The notes below the pieces were generated by a model. It had not been told where the DNA came from and searched no databases. It saw only the letters and a list, made by a program, of their open reading frames with translations. From Octopus bimaculoides (taxonomy: Eukaryota): a stretch of DNA of 33,502 nucleotides. The position numbers and the translations under genes were made by a program. The DNA lies in assembly GCF_001194135.2 (NCBI RefSeq), contig NC_068997.1, positions 34,076,151 to 34,109,652 of the forward strand. Reading direction: 5' to 3'. This document shows, in pieces, positions 1 through 11,229 of this stretch; positions within the stretch are counted from its first letter, which is position 1; each line of letters begins with the position of its first letter.

Positions 1-7
1 ATATGTA

Positions 8-80
<73 letters not shown>
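8..80. repeat. (CTAT)n tetranucleotide microsatellite
   Basis: Uninterrupted ctat run at the window start. Confidence 0.95.
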
Positions 81-82
<2 letters not shown>

Positions 83-419
83 ATATTATGTACGCGTACG
101 TCAATGTGTACATATCTGAATATGTGTAAATGGTTTTGTGTATGTGCGTACGCGTGAGATTATTTTATTGCGTGAATCTATTTTTGAAAATCAGCCGATC
201 TCATCAGGTTACCTGCCCACCTATTGTGATGTTTGCATATAGATATACAGACTCCACATACATTGACATATAGACACATACCCACATGTATAAACGTGTA
301 CATGCATACGTACACACATACATACATACAAACATACATACACTTGTGTCTGCGCGAGCATGTATGTGTGTGTATGTCTACACACTGACACACTCACATA
401 TACTAGCATTGACAAAATT

Positions 420-950
420 AATGCTGGAAATTTGTGAAAGGAGTCAAAGAACACGTTGATAGGCGAGATATATATTACAAGTGAATCATGTAGCAGATAG
501 GAGTGGCGTTTTAGTGAAATAATTGATATATTTGAACGATAGCCGCTCTTGTATTTCAAGATGGCCAGAAACTATTGTCACCCTAGCATTACCTCAGTCA
601 AGGACCAGACTTCCTTAAAGTAGAATTCATTGTTAGTGCATAAATGATAATCAATAGAAGTATCTGAGTAGGTGTTAACCTCTAGTTGGTGCTAGGTGTT
701 GTATTTGTAGAAATAAGAAACGATCGTAGTCGCTTTGAAGAGAAGTGGATTTAAAAGCTGATATAGTGTGTCCATTTAAATTGTCTTGAAATGTCAGACA
801 AGTAATTTTCATTATTCTACTTACTCGGTTGAAATATTAGTACCAAATCGACTGCTATGTTGATATAATGTAGGCTAATGTTGTATCCTGAAGGAGATGT
901 TTTCTTCTATTCAATGCTACTGTAATCGGAGATACGTAAGCCTTTGTAAA
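420..950 (-). pseudogene. Possible highly decayed Penelope-like reverse transcriptase remnant
   Basis: Broken minus-strand frames give TNNEFYFKE and YLLHDSLVI...FFDSFHKFPALIL, loosely resembling the PLE motifs THNYFxF and YIDDxLVI...FxxFNxxHPxIxF. Many stops and frameshifts. Confidence 0.25.
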
Positions 951-1404
951 TTGTAAGGCGATTAACATTAATGATGAATATAAGAAAAGCAGAAGCTACG
1001 TAGCAGCTGTTATTGTAACATTTGTTAGAGTATATTAATGGCTTGTAAGTTTGAAGCTATGAGAACATCGTAATAACAACCATGATACTCTTTTTACACC
1101 CAATTTGTCCACTTAGCCTCATCCCATTTAGAATTTTCTTTCTTTGGTGAAAATTTAATATTTTCAAATTTTGACGAACTTATACAAAATGATATAGTAG
1201 AAATCGTGTATAAAGATATAAGTTAGAAATAAGTATAAAGTTTAATATTTTGGGATATAGATTACAAGACAATCTTTTCTAAATAATATTAAATTTTGTG
1301 ACTTATAATCATATAGCATCTTTCGATTTTAATATCTGACGTAACATGTGAAGACTTCTATTAAGATCACATGTCTATTTAAGCTAACGTGATTCGAGGA
1401 AGGT

Positions 1405-1715
1405 TCGTGGGTCAGTGGTTAGAGCGTCAGGTTAACAATCACGAGGTAATGAGTTCGATTCCCATTTTGTACCTTTGTCTTGAGCAAGACATTTTATTTC
1501 GCATTTCTCTTGTTCACTCATCTGTCGAAATGAATTGCAACGTCACTGGTACCAAGCTGTATCGTTCTTTGCCTTTCCCTTGGACAACAAGATGGGAGGC
1601 TGGTGTGCATGAGAGATTGCTGCTCTGCCATAAACAACCTTGCCTGGACTTGTTCCTCGGAGGGTAACTTTCGAGGTACAACCCCATGGCCATTCATGAC
1701 CGAAGGGGGTCACGT
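1405..1715 (+). mobile_element. tRNA-derived SINE, family C, near full length and diverged
   Basis: A-box-like gggtcagtggtt, B-box-like gagttcgattcc, then cttgagcaagacattttatttc. The same head and body occur at 6637-6797 on the minus strand. Confidence 0.75.
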
Positions 1716-2546
1716 AGATGGTATCAAAGAACACGGCGACTTTGAAAGCTACATTTATAATAGCTTATACTGAGTGCCAAAGGTAGTATGAAAAACAAAT
1801 GATTAAATGCAAGCGTGTCATCTCATACCTGTACATTTTTTGACCTTTCCAGTTTATATATAGAACGCATAAGAAGATTATTGACAGTTCGAATTCCTGT
1901 AGATTTTGATTTCTATGTTCAGTAGTAAGCTGTTGTCGGAGAATCACAGCCGACAAGAAAACGCAGTAAAATTTAGCAATCATTTCAATCAAGAGTTCAC
2001 TAGATCGAAGAGAATGTGAAAACTTGTTTAAAAGCAAATCTGGGCTTTTAAAGGGTATGTAATCACCATCGGAACCAAACACCTTGAAACCATCAGAAGA
2101 GAAAACGAAGACAGGAGAGAGGGGCTCGACAAAATTAATCTCGTCCTCCACCATCATTACCATGCAATCAATACCAGTAACTCTTCTATGCAATTGGCCT
2201 ACAGAGTCATTAACTGTTTCATTTAGGATTTGTGTAAATTTGAGCTAGGATGTAAAATATTTTTCTATGATGATATATTATATATAACTGAATATTTTAG
2301 GATGTTTAGGGCTGATGAAGTGAATTTACAAAATAATTTAACTAGAATTTACTTTCTCGGTGTATTTAGAGAAGATAAACTTACTAAACGGAACCAAAAG
2401 AGGATATTATTAAATAAACATAGGAAATGATTTTATTAGGCGACAAAAGTTTGGGAGTTGGTGTATTTAGCTGCTGAATGGGAAACGTTGGAAAATACAT
2501 TGGAGTATTGCGACCTCAATCTGCTTCAACATTAAAAGCACGATAA

Positions 2547-2760
2547 GTCGGCGAGCTGGTAGAATCGTTCCCGCGATGGACAAAATGTTTAACGGCTTTT
2601 TATCCGTCTTTACGTTATGATTTCAAATTTTGCCGAGGTCAATTTTGCCTTTCATCCTTTCCGGGTCGACAAAATAAGTACCAGCCAAACATTGGAGTCG
2701 ATGTAATCGACTAGTCCCCCACCCCCGAAATTGCTGGCCGTCTGCCAAAATTTGAAACCA
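2547..2760 (+). mobile_element. tRNA-related SINE, family B
   Basis: ggcgagctggtagaatcgtt...ttcaaattttgccgaggtcaattttgcctttcatcctttccgggtcgacaaaataagtacc...gccaaaatttgaaacca, shared with many other copies in the window. Confidence 0.85.
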
Positions 2761-2847
2761 ATTTTAAAAGTGCGACAAAGTTACATTTTGTCTTTCACCA
2801 GTCAGCTCTTTGGACCTGACGATGCCTCCTCCTTTATAAATTTGTTT

Positions 2848-2965
2848 CAAATGTTGGCACAAGGCCATCAATTTTGGGGAGGGAGTAAATCGATTGTATC
2901 GACCCCAGTGCTCAACTGGTACTTCTTTTATCGACTCTGAAAGGACGAAAGACAAAATCGGCCTC
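2848..2965 (-). mobile_element. SINE family B, 3' part, inverted relative to the 2547-2760 copy
   Basis: Reverse complement of the family B tail (ttggcacaaggcc...atcgaccccagtgctcaactggtactt...aaaggacgaaagacaaaatcggcctcg). Confidence 0.75.
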
Positions 2966-3049
2966 GAAAATAGCAGTCATATCTATAAGGAGGAAGCAAT
3001 AATTCATTGGGCTAAATTAGGAAATTCACTACAATTTTTTCTAAACCAA

Positions 3050-3050
3050 C

Positions 3051-3082
<32 letters not shown>

Positions 3083-3380
3083 GTCATCATCATCATCATC
3101 ATCGTGGTCGTCGTCAACATTGCCGTCATCATCGCCACAACGACGACGACGACAACGAAACCAATACCACCAAAACCAACACCACCACCACCACCACCAC
3201 CACTACCAGCATCATCATCATCATCATCATCATCACCACCGCCACCACCACCACCTTTATTTTTTCTCTCTTACTATTGTCTTTCAATTGTTTGCTTCTT
3301 GGGTTTCTTCATCATAATCCTCTCCATTCTTCACCCCTTCTCTCATCATCATCATCGTCATCATCATCATCATCATCGTT
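3050..3380. repeat. Compound trinucleotide microsatellite (CAT/CGT/ACG/CAC)
   Basis: Successive (CAT)n, (ACG)n, (CCA)n and (CAT)n tracts. These explain the poly-I, poly-P and poly-H ORFs. Confidence 0.9.
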
Positions 3381-3714
3381 CATCTTCCTCCGACTTTGAT
3401 GCCACCTATTTCACGGCTGTAGGATATTAACTCACCACACCCAACGTTTCATGTTAATCTTCAGAGCAATTCTCTGATTCTGTTGATAATACAGATAAAA
3501 GCTGATAAACACTTTAGTAAGTTTCTTCTGGCATGCAAGACAGGTCGTCGCTCAGCGCACACTTTTATCATTGACGAAAAAGTGTGATGGCCAACATCCC
3601 GAGTTTTTGATTTATCTCGGATATTCTGCACGGAGCATCAAACGCTGAAACACACACACATCGCATACAGGTCACAGAGGCACGAATGTATGTGCGTATG
3701 TATGTGTCTATGTA

Positions 3715-4373
3715 TACTTCTTACTCTCTTTTACTCTTTTACTTGTTTCAGTCATTTGACTGCGGCCATACTGGAGCACTGCATTTAGTCGAGCAAATCG
3801 ACCCCGGGACTTATTCTTTGTAAGCCTAATACTTATTCTATCGGTCTCTATTGCCGAACCGCTAAGTGACGGGGACATAAACACATCAGCATCGGTTGTC
3901 AAGGAATGCTAGTAGGACAAACACAGACACACAAACACACACGCGCGCACACACACNNNNNNNNNNNNNNNNNNNNNNNNNNNNNNNNNNNNNNNNNNNN
4001 NNNNNNNNNNNNNNNNNNNNNNNNNNNNNNNNNNNNNNNNNNNNNNNNNNNNNNNNNNNNNNNNNNNNNNNNNNNNNNNNNNNNNNNNNNNNNNNNNNNN
4101 NNNNNNNNNNNNNNNNNNNNNNNNNNNNNNNNNNNNNNNNNNNNACACACACACACACACACACATACACACACACACGCACACACACACATCTATACAT
4201 ACATATATACGATGGGCTTCTTTCAGTTTCCGTCTACCAAATCCACTCACAAGGCTTTGGTCGGCCCGAGGCGATAGTAGAAGACCCTTGCTCAAGATGT
4301 CACGCAGTTGGATTGAACCCGGAACCATGTGGTTGGTAAGCAAGCTACTTACCACACAGCCACTCCTGCGCCT
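3715..4373 (-). mobile_element. Full-length tRNA-derived SINE, family A, with an internal (TG/CA)n microsatellite spanning an N gap
   Basis: Minus strand: aggcgcaggagtggctgtgtggt (A box 4351-4362), ggttcaatcc (B box 4310-4319), body to 4200, internal CA repeat and gap (3957-4144), tail body 3910-3740, terminal (AAGAGTAA)n-like repeats near 3715-3745. Confidence 0.85.
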
Positions 4374-4416
4374 ATGTATGTATGTATGTATGTATGTATG
4401 TATGTATGTATGTATG
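4374..4416. repeat. (TATG)n microsatellite
   Basis: Direct sequence. Confidence 0.9.
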
Positions 4417-5162
4417 TGTACATGATCATGTATTGTTGAGTAATTAAGACGATCTCTATGCAATTTCATGATGCCGGGTTCCATCTCATTATGCGACATT
4501 CTCGACGAATGGAGCGTCTATATAAACTGGGATTCACCAGTGGCATGTGAAATTTAATAGAAGAAAACGGTGCAGAAGACCACCGTATATGTATATGTGC
4601 GTATATGTGTGTGCTTGATTTCCTTGATATACGCAGGGATTTTGGATTTGTGATTCTGAGGAAACAAGGCTATCATGTTCCAATTAAATGGTGCTAGTGA
4701 GGTCTTTGTTCAGAGTGGCAATGCATGTATGATGTTAGGTGTCGAGTTTGTGGAGGGTGATCCCTCTGTGCAGAATATTAAGCGAGAAAGAAGAGTTGTG
4801 AGCTTCGTTTAGAGGCGGTAACAAACAATTCGTTAATGTACATGAAGGAATAGAGGGTCTGACATAACTGAACGTCGGTGTATATATCAAAGTTAGAGTA
4901 TAATTCAGAATGAAGATGAATCAAGGCTGGTGGGTCGGAGGAATATGCACAGTTGATAGAGGCCTTCTTAGAAAAGGAACAATGGTGAGGCAGAGCAGCT
5001 TGTAGAATATTCCAGTGCCCGAAAGCATATTTTTGGTGGTAATCGGAAAGGAGTCGCAGTAGCGTTAAAAACAATCAAGTTGCTGGAGGTGGGTTACTCT
5101 TCAGAGATGTCGTAGTCCATAAACATCACCATTACTACTACATTGTGGCTACATAATGGTTT

Positions 5163-5396
5163 AAAATTTTGACACAAGACCAGCAAAATTGGAAGAGGTT
5201 AGTTGAACACTGGGGTCGATGTAATCAACTAACTTTTTTTTCCAAAATTGCTGGTCTTGTGCCAAAATTTTATCGACTTCGAAGGATGAAAGGCAAAGTC
5301 GACCTCGACAGAATTTGAACTCGGAACGTAAAACCAGACTAGATACTGCCAAGTATTCTACCTGGCGTGTTAACGATTCTGCCAACTCACCGCCTT
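5163..5396 (-). mobile_element. SINE family B with a fold-back (inverted, duplicated) tail
   Basis: Head on the minus strand at 5272-5396, a plus-oriented tail piece at 5205-5271 and a minus-oriented tail piece at 5163-5206. Confidence 0.75.
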
Positions 5397-6229
5397 ATAG
5401 TGTGGTTACATGTTAATCAACCACAATAATAGTCGGTTGTCTCATGTCGTGAGACAATGATAATCTAGCTCTTCTAATGTAGTCAATTAACAAGGTCTTG
5501 CAGACTCAGTCCATATTTTTCCGTGTAACAGAACTCATCTCTCTTCATGTAGTAAACCTCCGATAAGGCAGCTGGACGCAGTTCGTCTCTCCCGGTGTAG
5601 TGAATCAATGTCTTATGTTTTATTCTAGCAGTTACGAAGACCAAACTACAAGAGAGAGGATGAATACTCGGATAATAAGAGAACTCCGAGTAGAATTTTC
5701 AAACATTATTTCCCAATTTCATTAATATCACAGTTTTAATGTGATAGTAACATATACATAGAATAGGACGTAACAGATTTAATAGATTCCTGTAAATACC
5801 AGGGAGATATTTTAGCAATTCTGAATAGAGAAAAGGAAACACTGAGAGAGAGAGTTTGAACTATAACCGCAAAGAAATAAATGGTAACTACTACAAAATT
5901 AGTAATCTACAGTTTCAGAAAAGTTACAGACAAATGATTAACTCTAAAGAGTAGTAGGTATAATAATGATTTGTTATTCTGGCGCAAAGCGACAAATTTA
6001 TACAGGAGGAACAAAGCAAGGGTGAATAAGTTTATTAGAGTTGAAACTTATTTCAAATTCCCGAAAATATGAAAGTCAAGGACGAGTTTAGAAGTGTTTG
6101 AACTTATTAAAAACATTAAGAATTTAGTTCCCTGCTCAACAAATTTCTCTCTATAAGGTTCATAATATTTTTAGAGAACTGTAGAAAATTACCTGCAACT
6201 GGGAAATGAAATATGGCTGATAAACAAAT

Positions 6230-6270
6230 TGGATTTTGCCGATGGAAACTTAAAAGAAGACCGTCGGGTA
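6230..6270 (+). mobile_element. SINE family A body fragment running into (TA)n
   Basis: tggattttgccgatggaaacttaaaagaagaccgtcgg matches the family A segment just upstream of its internal microsatellite (compare 4205-4250, minus strand). Confidence 0.6.
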
Positions 6271-6636
6271 TATATATATATATATATATATATATNNNNN
6301 NNNNNNNNNNNNNNNNNNNNNNNNNNNNNNNNNNNNNNNNNNNNNNNNNNNNNNNNNNNNNNNNNNNNNNNNNNNNNNNNNNNNNNNNNNNNNNNNNNNN
6401 NNNNNNNNNNNNNNNNNNNNNNNNNNNNNNNNNNNNNNNNNNNNNNNNNNNNNNNNNNNNNNNNNNNNNNNNNNNNNNNNNNNNNNNNNNNNNNNNNNNN
6501 NNNNNNNNNNNNNNNNNNNNNNNNNNNNNNNNNNNNNNNNNNNNNNNNNNNNNNNNNNNNNNNNNNNNNNNNNNNNNNNNNNNNNNNNNNNNNNNNNNNN
6601 NNNNNNNNNNNNNNNNNNNNNNNNNNNNNNNNNNNN

Positions 6637-6797
6637 CTTGGCACCTGTGACGTCGCAACTCATTTCTACAGCTGAGTGACCTGGAGCAATGTGAAATAAA
6701 GTGTCTTGCTCAAGAACACAACACGCAACCTAGTCCGGGATTCGAACTAACAACCTCACGATCGTGAGCTCGATGCTCTAACCACTGAGCCATGCGT
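6637..6797 (-). mobile_element. tRNA-derived SINE, family C head
   Basis: Minus strand: gcatggctcagtggttagagc (A box), gttcgaatcc (B box, 6738-6747), gtgttgtgttcttgagcaagacactttatttcac body. The 3' part is lost in the N gap. Confidence 0.85.
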
Positions 6798-6800
6798 ATG

Positions 6801-6844
<44 letters not shown>

Positions 6845-6865
6845 ATGTATGTATGTATGTATGTA

Positions 6866-7330
6866 TCAGTGGCGAAGGGTAACTAAGAAACTAGGGCATG
6901 CAGCCACCCCCCACTGTGTGTTCCGCCCTCCTCCGTTTTCCGTGAAAAGTGTAGTATTATAAGCTTTGAAATATGGTGAGTCTGAAAATGAAAATAGTTT
7001 GTCTCCTACGATGCACCGTTTTGAAGTAGTGAGTAAGACACAAGTAATGTACATATAACTTTGGAAATCACTTTCCAACGATTTCATCCAGTAGGGACTA
7101 TTTAAGCCGTCGACTTTGAGGAAAAAAGTCGGAATTCTTTTTAAAGTTTGGAAGAAAATTCGTCATTTACGAATTATTGAAGCTGATTGAGAGACTACCA
7201 AATTAAGTGAATGTGTATAACAATGTACAATTTCTGTCAGTAATGTAGCTTTTCTGTCTTTACTGACATCGACTTATCCCCTAAACCCTTCTTGAAGTCT
7301 TTCCTTCTCATCAACAAATCGCAAAACGTG
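6866..7330 (+). mobile_element. Possible decayed DNA transposon (hAT-like) fragment
   Basis: Begins CAGTGGCG directly after a (TATG)n tract. A TISVS...FSVL-like stretch near 7225-7262 is reminiscent of the hAT dimerization region. No partner TIR found. Confidence 0.25.
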
Positions 7331-9107
7331 TGAAAGTTAAGATTTCATTCGAAGGTCTGTAGACTAACCAAACATAACAGCAACAAATGCTGTTTTTTTT
7401 CTCGATCATTGGCTTAATTACTCCTTCACTTGTAGCAGTCAAACAATTAAATAATTTCGTTTTGAATATCACTTGAAAGTAATATCCGTTTTCAATATCA
7501 CTTCAAGTCTGAGAAAATGTGTTCTTATACTGACAAACTAACTGACATGGGAAACAGAAAATTTGTTCAGAATGGACCATCTCGTCATTCACTCAGACTA
7601 TTCGTAATACTTTCAATCAAAATAACGATGACATTCCTTGCTGCCCATTTCAGTTTTGATTTTTAGCTTAAGCTTTGATTTCTCTTTTCCGCGAATCATA
7701 ATATTCTTCTTATCTGTTTCAAAGTAGGGGAAAGTTGGGAGAAGACCGAACTAACTGACCCTTTTGCCATCCTAGGGGTGACTGAAAGCCGGAGAAATTC
7801 TACTAGGTTATAATCTTTTTAAACGAATCGAAGCTTTATGCTAATAGATAATTTAAGTGCTAGTTTACTTTTTTACATAACCTTTCTTAAATAACTTTAA
7901 ATATTTAGAATTAAATTTTAAAGCATTGATATGAATGAATGGATGAAAACTACTTTTTAATCCCCGCTACTTGATAAATTCTTATAAAGATTTTATCCTA
8001 TTTTATATTATAAATAATTAGAATATATTCAGTGCTGAATATTATTCTGTATAAGCACGTGTTACTGAGATGCAACCGGATAAATTCTAACCTCTTTCAC
8101 GGATATATAATGATGAACAGAAGTCATCGTACTATGTTGGGTACATCGTGGTATGTTTGATTTTTGTTTATTTTTTATGTGTCTCGACCATACGTGTACT
8201 GATGAACAAAAGATGCAGCTTACTTCACAGTTTTGCTGTATTAATTGAGAAACCAGTGGTTTGCCGTTAAGTTAAATGTTTTTAGGAGATTAATTTTTGA
8301 AAGTTGCATTCCCTCGCTTTCGGTAAATATGTTGCTTATTTTTTGGTAGTTTTTGACTTTTTTAGTCCCTCTAAGCGTGAGGCATTACTATATANNNNNN
8401 NNNNNNNNNNNNNNNNNNNNNNNNNNNNNNNNNNNNNNNNNNNNNNNNNNNNNNNNNNNNNNNNNNNNNNNNNNNNNNNNNNNNNNNNNNNNNNNNNNNN
8501 NNNNNNNNNNNNNNNNNNNNNNNNNNNNNNNNNNNNNNNNNNNNNNNNNNNNNNNNNNNNNNNNNNNNNNNNNNNNNNNNNNNNNNNNNNNNNNNNNNNN
8601 NNNNNNNNNNNNNNNNNNNNNNNNNNNNNNNNNNNNNNNNNNNNNNNNNNNNNNNNNNNNNNNNNNNNNNNNNNNNNNNNNNNNNNNNNNNNNNNNNNNN
8701 NNNNNNNNNNNNNNNNNNNNNNNNNNNNNNNNNNNNNNNNNNNNNNNNNNNNNNNNNNNNNNNNNNNNNNNNNNNNNNNNNNNNNNNNNNNNNNNNNNNN
8801 NNNNNNNNNNNNNNNNNNNNNNNNNNNNNNNNNNNNNNNNNNNNNNNNNNNNNNNNNNNNNNNNNNNNNNNNNNNNNNNNNNNNNNNNNNNNNNNNNNNN
8901 NNNNNNNNNNNNNNNNNNNNNNNNNNNNNNNNNNNNNNNNNNNNNNNNNNNNNNNNNNNNNNNNNNNNNNNNNNNNNNNNNNNNNNNNNNNNNNNCATAC
9001 ATACTGAAGTAATACCAGGAATACCTTTGAATACATTTATCCCTTAGATGGTTTATTACCTCTTATTTATATCTTACACAATATATATATATATGTATGT
9101 ATGCATG

Positions 9108-9161
<54 letters not shown>

Positions 9162-9180
9162 CATACATACACACACACGA

Positions 9181-9353
9181 GTGTGTGTTTACGTTCTCAT
9201 ACCTTAGCAGTTCGGCAAGAGAGACCAAAAGAATAAGCACCTGGCTTTAAAAAAAGTACTGGGGTAGATCCATTAGATTAAAAATTATTTAACGTTGTGA
9301 CCCAGAATGGCTACAACCTACTGATTGAAACAGGTAGAAGATAAAAGATAAAA
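9181..9353 (+). mobile_element. SINE family A 3' half following a TA/CA microsatellite
   Basis: gtgtttacgttctcataccttagcagttcggcaagagagaccaaaagaataag...ctggggtagat...tgattgaaacaggtagaagataaaagataaa matches the reverse complement of 3730-3900. Confidence 0.75.
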
Positions 9354-9551
9354 TGTGTACTTTTTGGTACCGAATACTTGTACGAAGTATATCAGAAAGC
9401 AATAAAACAAACTTGTAAATTGACTAAATATGCATTTGTCGTCTAAATCTGTCCGACTATGAGGAAAGCCTCAAAAAACCCCCCGAATAGGCAAGTTCTT
9501 GATTTCTACTGCACAAGAAAGTAAAAACATGAGCACTTCAAAAAAAAAAAA

Positions 9552-9906
9552 GTTGACAACGTGTCTGGTGGCTTAACACGGCTGAAAGGCAAGCAGTAAA
9601 ATATCTGCTTTCTCTCTCTTTCTCTTTCTTGGTCACTGCTCTTACTATGACTGAAAGGAAGCAGTAAAAAATTTGCTTTCTGTTGACAACACGGCTGAAC
9701 GGCAAGTAGTAAAATATCTGCTTTCTTTGTCTTTCTCCTTCTTGACCGCTCATTTTTTGTCTCTCTTCTCGAAATATAATAGAATACAAAGAAAATAACA
9801 TCACCGCCCTTACTATGACTGAAAGCAAGCAGTAAAAATTTGCTTTGCCTTCGCTATGTTTCTGTTGACAACTTAACACCACTGAAAGACAAGCAGTAAA
9901 ATATCA
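9552..9906. repeat. Imperfect direct-repeat array of five hairpin motifs
   Basis: A motif like ctgaaaggcaagcagtaaaa(t)at(c/t)tgcttt at about 9582, 9651, 9695, 9819 and 9882, with gttgacaac and ttactatga sub-motifs alternating. Confidence 0.8.
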
Positions 9907-9974
9907 ATACTCAATTATCATGGAAAAATAGTGAGGCATGCAGTGCATGCGTTGCACACATAGACCCTTCGCCC

Positions 9975-10680
9975 CTGCACCGTAATTATATCCAAGTACC
10001 TTGACCTAGTGGCTTCCTTCCCCTCACATATTCATCACACATTCACGACACCAATCATGCTCTTCGTTTATTTAACTCTTTCTCTTTCCCTCCTGACCCC
10101 ACTCAACTTCTGTTCACTCTCGCCATCGAATCTCTGTATACGGCGATCCCGCACAATGAAAGTCTTGCGCTAAAACCCTTTCTAGACCTTCGTCCAGACC
10201 CTCAGCCCAACACCTCCACACTTCTTCGTTTGGCTGAATTTGTCCTCTCTCTCAACTTCTCGTTCGCGGGGGAGTTTTACCAACATTCTCGGGAGTGGCC
10301 ATGGGAACGAGAATGGGCCCCAACTATGCAAACCTGTTTTGAGGCCCGATTATTCTCACAGTGCACTGGTCTTACTCCTGAGCTATACAGTTGTTATATA
10401 GACGACTCCACTACAAACACTGATCCACATTCCTACCTCAATTTCTCCTCCTCCCGTCTTACCAAGCTCTCCATCCCCTACTCCCAGTTCATCCGTCTAC
10501 GCCGGTTCTGCAGTGATGACCATGATTTTGAGACCTAGTTTCAACTCATGGTTCACTACTTCACCCTACTTGGATATCTCCTCACTATTATCCAAACTGC
10601 CCTTTCCCGGGCACGATCCGTTGACCGTGCCTCTGGTATTTCCTCACCTCCAACCCTACATCTGCACACCGCCTAACTCA
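9975..10680 (+). pseudogene. Penelope-like element reverse transcriptase remnant
   Basis: Translates across frameshifts as ISKYLD...HDTNHALRLFNSF...LFTL(A)IESLYTAIPHNE...LLRLAEFVLSLNFSF.GEFYQ / GVAMGTRMGPNYANLF (10292 onward) / YIDD (10395-10406), then an internal deletion joining to TDPHSYLNFSSS...SIPYSQFIRLRRFCSDD. These are PLE RT and post-RT motifs. Confidence 0.85.
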
Positions 10681-10821
10681 GTTACATCTTAATAACTTAC
10701 ACGCACACGAGTGAGATGGGCCCCTATAACTATATAACACGCAACATGTTTAATTGCAAGTAAGCTCATAAGCACTCGTATATTATAATACTATTCAGTA
10801 TATTATATTGCATAATACTTC

Positions 10822-11036
10822 AGGCAACGAGCTGGCAGAGCTGTAAATACACAGAGCAAAATGCATAGCAGTATTTCGTCCGTTTTTACTTCCTGAGTTC
10901 AAATTCCGTCGAGATCGACTTTGCCTTTCATCCTTTCGGAACTAATAAAATAAGTTACAGTTGAGTTTTTGGGTCGATGCAATCGACTTTACCCCTCTCC
11001 CGAACTTGCTAGCTTTGTGCCAAAATTTGAAACCAA
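10822..11036 (+). mobile_element. SINE family B
   Basis: ggcaacgagctggcagag...gagttcaaattccgtcgagatcgactttgcctttcatcctttcgg...gtgccaaaatttgaaacca. Confidence 0.85.
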
Positions 11037-11229
11037 TATTACATAATATGTCGATATTGTAAAGAAATAACAAGTTTGTAGAGATGGGAGATCATCAAAC
11101 TAAATACTAGTTTCAACGTTCTTATTTCCGAGTTCAGATTTTAAGGAATTGACATTTCTATTCATTTCTCTGGGTCAAGGAAAGTAAGTAACAGTAATAT
11201 ATTACATTTCATATAGTTTACTCTAACTT

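Noticed and set aside
2894-3430. 178-aa ORF with poly-I, T, P, S and H runs
   Set aside because: Produced by trinucleotide microsatellites and a SINE fragment
3441-3475. Minus-strand CTGAAGA-ttaacat-GAAAC-GTT hammerhead-like core
   Set aside because: No stem II pairing and stem I does not pair; at best a decayed remnant
4720-5120. 98-aa minus-strand ORF in sequence that looks like a decayed retroelement
   Set aside because: No diagnostic motif recognised, so no family can be assigned
6738-6797. tRNA gene suggested by A and B boxes (also at 1405-1465 and 4310-4373)
   Set aside because: No complete cloverleaf, and each continues into a SINE body; these are tRNA-derived heads
9552-9906. CRISPR-like repeat-spacer appearance
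   Set aside because: Eukaryotic context, degenerate repeats, irregular low-complexity spacers and no cas genes; kept only as a repeat array
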